The notes: generated by a model not told the origin, from the sequence alone. Positions 43,357 through 55,597 are shown, numbered from the stretch's first letter. The stretch: DNA of 64,000 bases from an uncultured Planctomycetaceae bacterium (GCA_963813715.1 CAWFAK010000012.1:192001-256000), one strand, 5' to 3'. Program-made: numbers and translations.

Positions 43357-44054
43357 CGTCCCCGACCCACCGGCCAACCTCTTTCCACCTCCGAATTCCC
43401 CGGCGTTTTTCCTCGGTGAAGACAACGTGTCCCGTCCCGCATCTTCGCCCCTCGCCAGACCCAGGCGAGCCGATCCGCCGCGGCGGATCAGCTGTCGGGT
43501 GCTTCGGCATCTCCCCCCGCTCTTCCCCCTCGCCCGTCCGCTTCGGATGGGAGAGAGTCGGGGTGAGGGGCAATTACTCGGGCGTTTCCCGGTGAAACAA
43601 CGTGTCCCGTCCCAGCGTCAGTCCAAAGCCCCGCGGTCCAAAGTCCAAAGTCAGGATTGCGAGCCGCTGAATTCTCGACTTTGGACTTTGGACCTTGGAC
43701 TCTTTGAATCGGTCCCGTCCCGTTCCAAATCAATCCCGTCCCGATTGCCGGGCCGGATCGCCACTCAACGGATCGACACTGACCGGTGGGACTCTCGTCG
43801 GTGGGTCCACCCCCCTTATATCAATTGTGAGAGTCCCGTCCCGGCGGGACCACTTCTGGCGGACCCGGCGGGTCAACTTGTCCCGTGCGCGGGGATCTTT
43901 TTCTCCCCCTATCCTCTGTGTGAAAAAAGGATCCCCACCCCGCCGGGGATCCTTTTTCGTCCCCGCGGGCGCCATCCGCGCACCAAACCGCTCGCGCCGA
44001 GATCCGCTCTCTCCATTCAGCCACAAAACCGAGATTCGTCCAAGATCAGTTTCC
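43357..44054 (+). repeat. Mosaic intergenic element, copy C (array 43357-43737 plus core 43738-44054)
   Basis: ACAACGTGTCCCGTCCC at about 43421 and 43596; heptamer doublet GTCCAAA…TTTGGAC as in copy A; core matches 18587-18909. Confidence 0.9.
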
Positions 44055-44063
44055 GCGGAATCC

Positions 44064-44145
44064 GGGATCTGACGCCGCGGATTGACTCACAGGAACGAAG
44101 CGAAGCTTCGAGGAGGTGCGGTCCCCAGCGGAGCTTGGGACCGAG
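44064..44145 (+). repeat. Partial composite REP-like repeat
   Basis: TCTGACGCCGCGGATTGACTC…GTGCGGTCCCC…GCGGAGCT matches 21887-21970. Confidence 0.8.
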
Positions 44146-44178
44146 AAAGCCGCTCGTCGCCTCATCCCGCCCCGCTCG

Positions 44179-44562
44179 CTAAACGCCGTGACTCGACGGC
44201 GGCAGCGGACAGACTTCCATGGCTTGGATCAAGCCGTCTTCGATGGTGAAACGGTGGCCAACGTGTTCATCGCCAAGAACGGCCCCGTCCAGGTCGCGCA
44301 CGACTTGATGCACATCGACCAGGATTCGCCCAGCACCCTCTGGATGGAAGGACACTGGCTCGACGTGCGGGTCGATCTCGGACCACTGCTCCGTCCAGTA
44401 AGCTCGGACCTCCTGATGCCCGCGAACGACGCCCCCCTTAAACGCCCGCGGCCATGCCACGTCCGGGGCCATGGTGGCGAAGGCGGCGTCGAAGTCCCGC
44501 GCGTTGAACGCAGCGTACGCCGCGCGGAGCAGTTCGACTTCCGGCGAAGACTGATCTGGCAT
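44179..44562 (-). CDS. SnoaL-like / NTF2 family protein
   Basis: YAAFNARD…DVAWP…GHQEVRAYWTEQW…VHQVVRDLDG…HRFTIEDGLI. Confidence 0.9.
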   Translation of the reverse strand: MPDQSSPEVELLRAAYAAFNARDFDAAFATMAPDVAWPRAFKGGVVRGHQEVRAYWTEQWSEIDPHVEPVSFHPEGAGRILVDVHQVVRDLDGAVLGDEHVGHRFTIEDGLIQAMEVCPLPPSSHGV

Positions 44563-44960
44563 GAAGAACCCCGCTCAGAGGAAAGATTTAGGTTGCCGCA
44601 GGCGGAAGCTGAACCGTGGTTGCGACTGGACCTCCCTTGAGGATCATGTCCTCGAATTGCGCGTCGGGATGAGCGATCTATTTGATGATTGCTCGCCGCA
44701 CAAGCTCTGACGTTCGCTCAGGTCTGAGTCGTCTTTTTCGCCCTCTTTCTCCTGGATCATCTGCGATTCGTGACGATCGGCCGGTTCCCAAACGCCGTGA
44801 GCATGGCACCCGGCGTCATGCCAATCAAGAATGAGTGAGATCGGCGGATAATAAACGCAGGCAGGGGAGCCGCCGATCGCGTCGGAGTCGATTAAGATGA
44901 GTCACCGCCAGCTGAAGCGTCCAAAAACTGCGTGAAGAATCACGGGTTCGGGGGTTAAAA

Positions 44961-45385
44961 ATGACGACTCCGCGCGATGACATGGAACTTGTCTGCAGGA
45001 GTGCCAGCGATTTTGCCATCGAGCAAATCGCCAAACATGGTGACTTCATCCCCTTTGCCGTCGTCATTGACCATGTCGGGGGGGCTTCGTTTCGTGCAGT
45101 TAGGCGAGGATCAGGTCAAAGATGGCGGCGAGCGGAGCTTGACGAAGATTCGTGAATCCTCCGCACCAACGCAAGAAAGGGGCGTACACGGCTACTGCCG
45201 TTGCGTCTGACGTGCGCGTGCGGTTGAACGAAACCGGGAAATAACGGACGCCATTCGAGTCGAAGTCGAGCATGCCAGTGACGAACCGATCACCTGCATG
45301 CTTCCGTACTGCAAAACGGAGAAGGGCTTCGAGCAACGCATAGATCCCTATTTGGAACCAGGAGATCGTACTGTCTTCTCCTGAA
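44961..45385 (+). pseudogene. Frameshifted hypothetical gene
   Basis: Protein-like pieces in different frames: AIEQIAKHGDFIPFAVVID…AYTATAVASDVRV…DAIRVEVEH…LPY. Confidence 0.5.
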
Positions 45386-46198
45386 TCTGGAGGCCGCGGG
45401 GGGGCATGCCCCACTGCGCCTGCCATCCATCGCCCTACCACGGGCATGGCCTAGAGATTCAGTTGTATCTCTTGGCAGCTGGAAGGGAGGCGTACACTGG
45501 CCTTCCATCGCGGGCGAACCCCGGCTTCGCCCTCAGGTAGGCCGCGCCCAAGGAGGCGGCACGCGACCATTCCTCCACTGCGATTTGGGCTTTGCGAGCC
45601 TCGATCCGCGACAGGTCGTCCGACACGAACTCTGCAATGATTGGGTGGAACCCCACCCATCGCTCAATCCAGTTGGGTCCAAGAATGAGGTCGCGGCATC
45701 GTACGCCTTCCCGCGCTTGTAGGTGTTCACTGTTAGGAGTCGCGAGCCGCGAGCGAGGCCGTAGGTCGCATAAATTCATCCGGGAATGAGGAATACAGCG
45801 ACGCAGTCCAATTCGTCGGTGTAAGCCGCGATGAGCAGAGGCGAGGTGCTGACGACAACGGCAGCTCTGCTATCCCCACACTGGAGCTGTTCTCGAATGT
45901 AGGTCAATTGCGGAAACTTGGATGAGGACCGTAGCCGCCGGAGGGCAGCGCAGAATCCAACAAGTCCGGTCGTAGAAGCTTGAGCTTGGCACGCGATAGG
46001 TTGATCTGGCCGGGGTCCGTCGCCCGCGTCGTGTCGTCAAGCGTTCGCGTTCGTACTGGCTTAGGCATGCGTCTTCCGGTTGTCTCAGCCCGTCGTTTCG
46101 CCGACGGGGCTGGCGGCAAGTCACGTCCAATGCATAGCCAACGCGTAACGACGCGTGTTTCGCAATCTCGGGGCGGTGCCGGATCGCGTCGGCTCTGG

Positions 46199-46729
46199 CT
46201 ATGGCTGCACTCGCACGTGGAAACCGGCGGCGTTAAGCGACTTCACGAGTTCAGCTCCGTCGAAGTTGCCGGTCACCGTCACTGTTTCCGTGTGGGGTTT
46301 CGCGGTGTCGGCTGTGACGCCGTCGACTTTCTTGATCGCGTCCTCGATGGCCGCGTTGCAAGAGCCGCAGCAGTTGTGAATCCCCGTGAGCGTCAGGCTG
46401 GTGACTTTGCCGGCGGCGACTCCGCTGTCTTCCTTGATCTTCAGCGTGCTGTTGCCGGTGTCGCCGTGGAAGCCCTTGGCCGCCAACGCGTCGAGGGCCT
46501 TCTGGGCGGTGGCGTCGTCCGGAGCGTCAATGGTCACGGTGCCTTTCTTTTGATCGCACGTGGCTTTGGCTCCGTCGACCTTACGGACGGCCGACTTCGC
46601 CGCCGCGACACACTTCCCACAGCACAGGTGAACTCCCTTCAGCTCAATTTTCGTCTCGGCTCGCGCGCTCAGCGCGGGAACGAGTAGGACGCTCAGACTG
46701 GCGAACACGATTGCTCGTAAGCCTCGCAT
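46199..46729 (-). CDS. Exported protein with two heavy-metal-associated (HMA)-like domains
   Basis: Signal peptide; GVHLCCGKC and GIHNCCGSC motifs; GGAG RBS. Confidence 0.85.
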   Translation of the reverse strand: MRGLRAIVFASLSVLLVPALSARAETKIELKGVHLCCGKCVAAAKSAVRKVDGAKATCDQKKGTVTIDAPDDATAQKALDALAAKGFHGDTGNSTLKIKEDSGVAAGKVTSLTLTGIHNCCGSCNAAIEDAIKKVDGVTADTAKPHTETVTVTGNFDGAELVKSLNAAGFHVRVQP

Positions 46730-47164
46730 GTGGATTCTCCCTGTTGCGAAAATGATGAAGGGCTGAAAAACTCGCGTCTCGGCGAATTGTCTCCGTTGAC
46801 GGGCCAAAATGCCAGGAGTGCTCACGCGGTGTGGCACGCCCTGCTCAGGGCGTGGCCGGGCCCCGACATCTCGCATCAATTCCGGAGAACGCCCACCACG
46901 CCGTTTCTATCGTCAGGGCGTGCCACCCGACCGCTGACGGCTCGCCGGGCGTCGTGAGTAACGGCTTGAGATCTTCAAAACCCCTTGGCACGGCTGATCT
47001 TGCTGATTTTTGCCGTTGGCGGGTACCATTCAGAAATCGCGCGCCGCGGGTCGGCTCGTCCTTATATAAGGGCTTGGCCGCGGGCGGATTGCGTCGGGGC
47101 GGCGAAAGCCAACGGCCCGAACAAAGCTCCGCTGACTTCGTGCGCGCTTCTGGAGAGGTTTGGC

Positions 47165-50100
47165 ATGCTGGCAGGTCAGAGCGTGGGTGCTCGGCCCGGA
47201 TGGCTGGGACGCTTTTTTGGCGTGTCGACCTGCGCTGCGCTGGCCTTGCTCGTCGTCGCTCCGGCCGCCCGTTCGCAGGATCAGCCGCAGACGCAGGCTG
47301 GTTCCCAGAATCAGCCGACGACTGACAATGCGGGTCAGCCTGATAGGCCGAATGCCGGCGATGCCGCGCGGCCGTCCGAATCGAAAGCCGGCCCCGCCCA
47401 AAACGGCCAGTCGCAAACCGTCCCCGAAGAGTATCGCTTCGCGGCCGGGCTCTATCGGCAGCAGCGTTGGGACCTGGCGGCGGATGCGTTTCGCAAGTTC
47501 ATCAAGAATCATCCCGATCACGAACGCGTCCCCTACGCGCGGCTCTACTTGGGGCTGACGCTGGTCAATGCTGACAAGTATGCCGATGCTCGCGACGTGC
47601 TGCGGGCCTATGTTCGCGATTATCCGCAGAGCAAGAGTCTGCCCGACGCGCTCTATCGGGCCGGCGAGTGCAGTTACCTGCTCGATGATTTGAAATCGGC
47701 CGATCGCGAGCTGGGCCGCTTCGTGAAGGATTATCCGCGACACGAGCTGGTCGAGTGGGCCCTGCCCTACCTGGGCGACAGCAAGCTGCGATTGAAAGAG
47801 CCGGCGGCCGCCCGCGACTCGTTCAAAACGGCGCTCGAACAGTTTCCTCGCAGCCGGCTGGCCGACGATTCCAAGTTCGGCCTGGGGCGGGCGTATGAAG
47901 AGCTGCATCAGGATCGCTCGGCCGCCGAGATGTACGAGCAGCTGGCCGAAGACAAAAACGGCCCGCGGGCTCCGCAGGCGCTGATGAACCTGGCGACCAT
48001 TCGTTTCCGCGGCGGGAAATTTGAAGAGGCGTCGCAAACATTCCTGCGGTTGCCGGCGGATTTTCCCAAATCGTCGCTGGTCGGCGCGGCTCATCTGAAC
48101 GCGGGCTTCGCGCTCTACGAATTGGCGCGCTATCAGCGGGCGATGGAAGAATTCGACCTCGCGGGCGCGGACAAGCGGCACGCCGTCGCCGCCGGGTATT
48201 GGAAGGGGCTGAGCGAAAGGCGCTGGGCGATTATCCGCAGGCCCTCGGCCGGCTGAAGGCGACGTACGACGCCGACCCCAAGGGGCCGCTCGCCGAGGGA
48301 GCCCATTATTATTGGGCAGAATGCGAGCTACGCACCGGCCACTTCGACAAGGCCAAGCAACTCTTTCTGGAGGGCGTCGACAAATTTCCCAAGGGAGACC
48401 TGGCCGACGACGGGCTGCACTTTGCCGGCGAAGCGGCCATGCTCGCCGGTGCGATCGATGAAGCCAAGAAGATCGTCGCCCGCTTCGAGAAGGAGCATCC
48501 CCAGAGTCCGCTCCGCCTGCATGAGCAGATTCTCCGGGCTCGCGTGCTGAATGCCGAGGCGAGTGCGCTCCTCAAAGACGCGAATCGTCCCGATCGTCCG
48601 CTCAACGTCGCCAAGGCGGAGCAGGAACGCCGCGACGCCATCACGCTGCTCGAAAAGGTGATGGCCGAAAGCCATCTGCCGCGCACGGTGGCCCTCGCGC
48701 GATTCCATCTCGGTCGCACGCTGGAAGACGCCGGCGATTTTTCGAAAGCCGTCGATGTGCTGGCACCGCTGGCCAGTCAGGCCGACCAGCCGAAGGCGTC
48801 GTCCGAGGCGGTCGACGCGCTCGCGCTCTCGGGGCATGCGCTGGTGGCGGTCGGCAAGTTCGAGCCGGCTGTGGCGCCGCTGTCGAAGTATCTCACGATG
48901 CGACCCAAAGGCTCGCTGGCCGAACGCGCGCTGGCCGACCGAGCCGTCGCCCACACGCGACTGGGCAAACTCGACGACGCGAACGCCGACGTCACCCAGC
49001 TCGTTGGCACTTTTCCGCACAATCCGGCGACGGCCGAAACGCTCCGCCGGCTGGCCGAGCTGTCCTACGATGCCCGCGATTTCAAAACGTCCCGCGACCG
49101 TTTCGCCAGGCTGGCCGACCTGGGCGAGCCGAAGACCGAAGTGCGTCGCATGGGTTTGTCGGGAGTCGGCTGGTCGCAGTATGAGTTGAACGCCTTCGAT
49201 CAGTCGGCGGCCGCCTTCGGCGAAGTCTTTGACAAGTTTTCGCCCGAGATTCTGCAAGTGGCCGAGGCGGGCTTCATGCGCGGGCGAGCCCTGCAAAAGG
49301 CCGGCAAGCTGGCCGACGCGGCGCACGCTTACACGCAAGCGTTCGAGAAACTCGCGCCGGCCGGTGCGGCTCGGCCGGGCGAGGAATCGCACGGTCCGAC
49401 GCAGTATGGCTTTTTTGCCGGCATGCAGGCGGCCAACTTGCTCGCGCAGCTGAAGCGTTACGAGGACGCCGATGCCGCCTATCAGCGCGTCGCCGAGCAT
49501 TATCCCAAGGCCGACAAGCTGGCCGACGTGCTCTTCGACTGGGCCAACGTGCTGTACGTCGCCAAGAAGGACGCGCCGCAGAGGCAGCGAATCCGCGACC
49601 TGCTCTCCCGCATCGAACGTGAGTTTCCGGCGAGTGCCGCGCAGCCGAAGGCGCGGCTCTTTCTGGCCGAGCTCGACGCGCAGGGCGGGCAGGCGGCCTC
49701 CGCGGACAAGATGCTCCGCGGGCTGGTCTCCGACAACGCGGCCGACGCCAAGACGCGGGAAGACGCGCTGGCCCGGCTCGTCACGCTGGCTTCCGAGAAG
49801 CAACAGTGGAAGACGGTCCGCGAGCTGTCGCAGAAGTATCTCACCGAATTCCCAAAGGGGCCCGACGTGCGCGTCGTGCGACTGCAGGGGGCCTCGGCCG
49901 ATCTGCGTTTGAACGACGCGCCGGCCGCCGAAAAGACGCTCGCCGACTTGTTGCGCGAACTCAAGGCGGACGGCGGCCAGGCCGCGCCCTGGTGGCCCAA
50001 CGTCTGGATCCTGCTCGCCGAATCGCAGTATCAGCAGCGCAAGTACGACGAGGTCGAAGCCACCGTCCAGGATCTGCACAACTCGCATGCCCGATTCGCC

Positions 50101-50500
50101 CCTCATGCCGCAGGCGGACGAAGTGCTGGGCCGCAGCTTCAAGAACCGCACGCAATGGGACAAGGCGACCGCCGCATTTCAGAAGGCCATCGACGGCTCG
50201 CACGGCGAGCAGAACGACACGGCCGCCAAGAGCCAACTGATGATCGCCGAAATCCGCTTCCTGCAAAAGGACTTCCGGCACGCCAAGGAAGAGTATTTGA
50301 AGGTCAGCACGCTCTACGATCGGCTGCCCGAATGGGCGGCTCCGGCGCTGTTTCAGGTCGGTCAGTGCGAGGAAGAGTTGCAGCAGACGCGCGACGCGGA
50401 AAAGACCTATACTCAGCTCATCGCCAGCTTTCCCCGCAGCGATTTCGCCAAGGACGCCCGAAAGCGGTTGGACGAGCTTCACAAACGGCCGGCAGGTTGA
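47165..50500 (+). CDS. Large exported TPR protein (frameshifts near 48215 and 50085)
   Basis: Signal peptide; many YPxS…A.Y..GE.Y-type TPR repeats across ORFs 46985-48256, 48199-50697 and 50087-50500. Confidence 0.85.
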
Positions 50501-50509
50501 GGATCCCCG

Positions 50510-51645
50510 ATGGCCAATTTCACTCGCTTTCGCCGCACAGCCCCCGCGGGACGGATTGCCGGCGGTTCACCGCAACCGCCACGTCGCCGGCGCGGCAGCT
50601 GGCAGGTGATGGCGCTCGTCATGCGACTGGCCGTGGTCGTCTTCGCGGTGGTCGTCTGCCTGACGAAGTGGGGACCCGCGCAAGAACGCTCGCCTAAATC
50701 GGGCCCTGCGACTCCCGCTCCCGCCGTCGCCTCGCCGTCGTCTCCGGCAGCAGCATCGGCCAAGGCCCCGTCGACAACTCCGCTCCGATGCCCGCTCCGC
50801 CCGAAGCCAACGTGCCTGTCCGCACGGCCAGCGAGTCTGCGTCCGCCCCGGCACCGTTCGACGCGCCCGCAAAAGGCGAGACGCCGGCCGCCGGCGCGAC
50901 CGCGAAACCGGCCAAGGCCCATCGCAGCATTCCCACCCGACCGCTCGAAATCATCGAAGCGCTCGGCGTGCCGTTCATCCTCGCCTTCGGTATCTGCTCG
51001 GTGATCACCGTCTGGTTCTCGATCGAGCGGCTGGTCGTGCTCCGCCGCGGCCGCGTGATTCCCCGGCCGTTCGTCGAACGCTTCCTGCAAAACCTGGAAC
51101 AGGGCAATCTCGATCAGGAAGAGGCGCTGCGGCTGTGCGACGAAAACGGCAGCCCCATCGCCCAGATTTTCGCTCACGGCGTCCGCAAATGGGGTAAGTC
51201 GAGCGTCGAAGTCGAGCAGGCCATCATCGACGGCGGCGAGCGCCAAGTCAGCCAACTGCGGGCCCACCTCCGCGTACTCAACGCCGTCTCGACAATCACG
51301 CCCTTGATCGGACTGCTGGGCACCGTGATCGGCATGATCCAGTGCTTCAACGACATCGCCGCATCGCAGGGCATGGGCAAGGCCGACCAGCTGGCCGGCG
51401 GCATCGGCATCGCGCTCTTGGCGACGGCGGCCGGACTGGCCGTCGCGATCCCGTCGCTGACGATGTACCAATTCCTCTCAGGCCGCCTCGACTCGCTGAC
51501 GGTCGATCTCGACCTGCTCTCGCAAAACGTCGTCCATCTCGTCTCGGCCGAGGCACTTTCGGAAGGCGGCCACCTGGCCGCCCGCGCCAAGCCCCGCCGC
51601 CCGGCCGCAGCCGCCGCCGAGTCGAAGGAACGTAAGGCGGTTTGA
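50510..51645 (+). CDS. MotA/TolQ/ExbB proton channel family protein (frameshift near 50785, start uncertain)
   Basis: [10 protein letters not shown]…[19 protein letters not shown]…[21 protein letters not shown]. Confidence 0.9.
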
Positions 51646-51662
51646 TCGCCGGCTTGCGCGAT

Positions 51663-51971
51663 TCACGAACTCCGGTCGAGCCAGTAGTTCGGCTCCCGAC
51701 TGGTATGAGTCACGGCGACGACGAGCACTTCGTCGCTGAAGATTTCAAACACGACCGCATAGCGAAAAAACGAGAGCAATGCGCGACGGTAGGGAGCATG
51801 ATCAGGCAGCGTTTCGACTTTAGAGAAGCTGTCCGGGCGCTCGGCGACCGTCTCTAGTGTCTCCTCGAGATCGGCGATAAAGCGATCGCCAAGATGAGAC
51901 GCTTTCTCGGTCAAATAGTGACGAGCCGATTCGATCTCGACTTCTGCCTCCGCCAGAATGCGGAGGTTCAC
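51663..51971 (-). CDS. RelE/ParE family toxin
   Basis: AEAEVEIESARHY…LGDRF…RRALLSFFRYAVVF…VVAVTHTSREPNYWLDR. Confidence 0.88.
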   Translation of the reverse strand: MNLRILAEAEVEIESARHYLTEKASHLGDRFIADLEETLETVAERPDSFSKVETLPDHAPYRRALLSFFRYAVVFEIFSDEVLVVAVTHTSREPNYWLDRSS

Positions 51972-52210
51972 TTAGCTGCCCCGGCCGCTTGGCGTCGTCG
52001 CAGATCGGCTAGGACGTCGGCCGCCGGCCTGGCGCTGGTCGTTCCGGCGCGGCACGCGGCCGACCGTCGCTGAAGTTCGGCGAGAAGGGCTTCGCCCGAG
52101 ATCGCATCGCCAGCCTCGGAGAGGCTCTGCTCGAGCACGGTCGCGACGTAAGCGCGGTCGTCCGCCGGCAATGCCAACGCTTGTTGCAGGATCATCTCGC
52201 GATCGGACAT
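51968..52210 (-). CDS. Addiction module antitoxin
   Basis: [17 protein letters not shown]…AELQRRSAA; overlaps the toxin start by 4 nt; GAGGAG RBS. Confidence 0.85.
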   Translation of the reverse strand: MSDREMILQQALALPADDRAYVATVLEQSLSEAGDAISGEALLAELQRRSAACRAGTTSARPAADVLADLRRRQAAGAAK

Positions 52211-52404
52211 TTACTCTCCTCAGGGCAGTTCACCCTATTCTCTCACGCGGGAAGCCATCCGTCGACTGGATTTCCGCGGAAGGAGCGTTTCATCACAGAT
52301 GGGGGGCGGACAGCGAAAAGTCCCGTTCTCAGAGGGGGCGGAACTTGCGAGAATTCGCCCGCGTGGCGGACAGTCGGTTCGCCGTGCTGGGAGAACCGGC
52401 TGCG

Positions 52405-53678
52405 ATGCAGGTTGATGTGTTGATCTTTGGCGGCGGGGCCGCGGGGCTGTGGTTGCTCGACGAGCTTGCGCGTCGCGGCGACCGGGTCTTGTTGTTGGAA
52501 GCCGCGCGGCTGGGAGCGGGGCAGACGATCGCCTCGCAGGGCATCATTCACGGCGGGCTCAAATACACACTGCAAGGTGCGCTCACGCCGTCGGCCGTGC
52601 AAATTCGCGAGATGCCCGGGCTCTGGCGGGACTGTTTGGCCGGCCGCCGGCTGCCCGATCTGCGCAACGTGCGGCTGCGGGCCGCCTGCTTGTCATTTGT
52701 GGCGGACCGATTCGCTCGGTTCGCGGCTGGGGATGATCGGGGCCCGCGTCGGCCTGCGGGTCGCCCCTCAAGTCGTCTCCGCTGACGAACGGCCAAGTGC
52801 TTTGGCCGGCTGCCCGGGCACCGTCGCGCGGCTCGATGAGCCGGTGCTGGCGCCCGAGTCGCTGCTGGCGGCGCTGGTCGCCGGGAACGCGCGGCGCGTG
52901 CTTCAGATCGATCAGTCGACGCTCGAGATCGATCGCGCGGCCGGCACCGTCCGTCGCGTGCAACTGACCGACCCCGCGACGGGTCGCCGGTTGCACATCG
53001 AGCCGCGGCACGTCGTGCTGACCGCCGGGCGGGGCAATGCCGACCTGCGAGCCCGCGCGGGCTTGCCGGCCACCGTGATGCAGACGCGGCCCTTGCACAT
53101 GGTGCTCGTGCGGGGGGACCTGCCGCACTTGAACGGACACTGCGTCGACGGTCGGACGACGCGGGTCACCATCACGTCCGACACCGAGAGATCGGACACG
53201 GCCGCAGCGATGCGCCGGCCGCACCGTCTGGCAAGTCGGCGGACAGATTGCCGAGATCGGCGTCGCGCTCGATCGAGCGCTCGCTCTTGCGCGGGCCGCG
53301 GACGAGCTGGCGGCCGTAATCCCCGGACTCGATTTCGAGCGCGTCGAATGGGCCAGCTATCGCGTCGATCGGGCCGAACAGACGGCTCCCGGCGGCAAGC
53401 GGCCGGAAACCGCCGGCATCCTCCGCGAGGGAAACGTCATCACCGCCTGGCCGACCAAGCTGGCTCTCGTGCCCTGCCTGGCCGAGCGGATCTTGGAGCT
53501 GCTGCCTGCCGCGGCGACGGGATCGGCAACTGCAGGCCCGGCGACCGAGGGCTCAGCGGACGACGCCGAGATCGGCGACGAGTGGCCTCGCGCGACGATT
53601 GCCGCGCTGCCCTGGGAAGTCTCTCGCACGTGGTATGCGACCCGCGACTTGCCGCGGGCGGCGCGTCACGCTGCCTAA
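52405..53678 (+). CDS. FAD-dependent oxidoreductase (frameshifts near 52685 and 53225)
   Basis: [46 protein letters not shown]. Confidence 0.88.
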
Positions 53679-53691
53679 GGAAGGCGCGCCG

Positions 53692-54471
53692 ATGACACTC
53701 GCCCTCCGCCCGCTCGGCCGCACCGGGTTTGCGGTCTCACCGATCGGCTTCGGCGCGTTCAAGATCGGCCGCAATCAGAAGACGAAGTACTCCACCGCGT
53801 ACGATCTGCCGAGCGATGACCAGGTGAGCGCGCTCCTCGACGGCCTGCTCGAGCTGGGGATCAACTACATCGACACCGCGCCAGCCTACGGCACGAGCGA
53901 GGAACGGATCGGCCGCGCGATTTCGCGGCGCCGCGCGGAATTCGTGCTGGCCACCAAGGTCGGCGAAACGTTCGAGGCGGGCGCCTCGGCCTACGACTTT
54001 TCCGGCCCGGCCGTGCGGCACAGCGTCGAGCGCAGCCTGAAGCGATTAAAGACCGACGTCATCGACGTCTTATTACTGCACTCCGACGGCCGCGACGCCT
54101 GGATTCAGACCGAAACCGACGCCGTCGCGACGCTACAGGATCTCAAGCGACAAGGGCTCGCGCGGGCGATCGGCCTCTCGGGAAAAACGGTCGAAGGCGC
54201 GCGGCAAGCGCTCGACTGGGCCGACGTATTGATGGTCGAGTACCACCTCCGCGACCGCTCGCACGAACCGCTGATCGTCGAAGCCGCGGCGCGGGGCGTC
54301 GGACTCGTCGTCAAGAAAGGCCTCGCCTCCGGCGAGCTGCCGGCCGACGAAGCGATTCGCTTTGTGGTCGCCAGCCCACACGTAGCCTCGCTGGTGATCG
54401 GTGGCCTGAGCCTCGAGCATTTCCGCGCGAATCTGGCAGCGGCTCAGGACGCGGCCAAGATCCGCGACTGA
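53692..54471 (+). CDS. Aldo/keto reductase
   Basis: [51 protein letters not shown]. Confidence 0.92.
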   Translation: MTLALRPLGRTGFAVSPIGFGAFKIGRNQKTKYSTAYDLPSDDQVSALLDGLLELGINYIDTAPAYGTSEERIGRAISRRRAEFVLATKVGETFEAGASAYDFSGPAVRHSVERSLKRLKTDVIDVLLLHSDGRDAWIQTETDAVATLQDLKRQGLARAIGLSGKTVEGARQALDWADVLMVEYHLRDRSHEPLIVEAAARGVGLVVKKGLASGELPADEAIRFVVASPHVASLVIGGLSLEHFRANLAAAQDAAKIRD

Positions 54472-54505
54472 GGCCGGCGTTGTTGCGGACGGTGCGGCCG
54501 ACGTC

Positions 54506-55300
54506 TCAGCGCGCCGCCCGGATGCTGCTGACCCACATCGCGACCACCAAGATCACCACACCCATCACGATGATTGGCAGAGCCATCATCAGCGGCAAAC
54601 CGGATAACATCCACAACGCGATCCCCAGGATCCACAGGTAGGCATAGTGCGGCGCCTGTCGGAGCGAGGAAGCGCGCATGAATAAATAAACAGGGATGGG
54701 GAGCAGCCACACCCAAAGTGGAATGGCGTGTCCCGCCCGGCGCACGCGGATGTAGTCCATCGCAAAGAACGCGAAGCTGAGAAAGAGGAAGAGAATCACC
54801 ACGATAGACATGTTCTCGAATGCTCTTTCCGTTGTTCGGGCATCCGCGATCGCCGAAAAAACTAGCGGCAAAAAGGCGAGCGGCAGCACAGACAGCACCC
54901 AAACCATGCCGTTGGGCACGCTCTGGCCGAGGAGGGGCGGCGGTGTGGCAGGACTCATCAGCACCGTTTGACCGGCTTCCTTCCATTCGTCCATGCCTTC
55001 GCACCAGACCAGCGTCTTCGGCTTCACCCGTCCCGTAGCGATTAGCGAAGACATTTCGGCAAAGCTGATCGGACCTTTGCGCGCCCCATCCGCGGCATAG
55101 TGCCACTGTTTCTCGGCCGCGAGGGGCGGAGGCGCGCTCGGGCGAGAGGGCGGCTCGACGGGCGCCAATTCGATCGCCGCGGCGGGTTGCCCGTCGATGA
55201 CGAACTTGTGGCCGCAGCCGCCACACTTAGCGGTCTTCCCCACATATTCTTCCGGCGCCCGCATCTTGCTGTCGCACTGCGGACACGAAACGGTCAGCAT
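54506..55300 (-). CDS. Zinc-ribbon plus GYF_2 (DUF4339) membrane protein
   Basis: CPQC…CGGC; WHYAADGARKGP…TLVWCEGMDEW; several C-terminal TM helices; GGGAGG RBS. Confidence 0.82.
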   Translation of the reverse strand: MLTVSCPQCDSKMRAPEEYVGKTAKCGGCGHKFVIDGQPAAAIELAPVEPPSRPSAPPPLAAEKQWHYAADGARKGPISFAEMSSLIATGRVKPKTLVWCEGMDEWKEAGQTVLMSPATPPPLLGQSVPNGMVWVLSVLPLAFLPLVFSAIADARTTERAFENMSIVVILFLFLSFAFFAMDYIRVRRAGHAIPLWVWLLPIPVYLFMRASSLRQAPHYAYLWILGIALWMLSGLPLMMALPIIVMGVVILVVAMWVSSIRAAR

Positions 55301-55422
55301 CGGCGGCCCTCCCTCACGAATCGGAAAATCGCCACCAGCTTGCCGAATTCGACCGCCGGAAGCAAGAAGTTCTCGCCGCCGGATTCCCAAAATCTCGGCG
55401 GACGCGATCGCTCGTCGGGCCC

Positions 55423-55556
55423 CTATTTCAACGACTCGGTGCCGGCCGCACCCGGGGCGATTTGGCGCTTCTCCAGTCGGCGACCGCAGTCTCCGTACTG
55501 CTGGTCGTCGGCGGTCTGAGCCTCGAACACTTCCGCGCGAATCTGGCCGTTGCTCA
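55423..55556. repeat. Chimeric scar: copy of the 57087-57168 gene end joined to a copy of the 54390-54446 gene end
   Basis: 55423-55504 aligns ungapped with 57087-57168 (…AGTESLK*); 55500-55556 aligns with the AKR end ([13 protein letters not shown]); GCTGG shared at the join. Confidence 0.88.
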
Positions 55557-55597
55557 AGGCCGCGATTGAAACGGGCGCATCCGTTCCGGCAGCGGGC

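Noticed and set aside
45430..45930. Short ORFs in a lower-GC patch
   Set aside because: Overlapping short frames without RBS or motifs; possibly decayed DNA but not supportable as genes.
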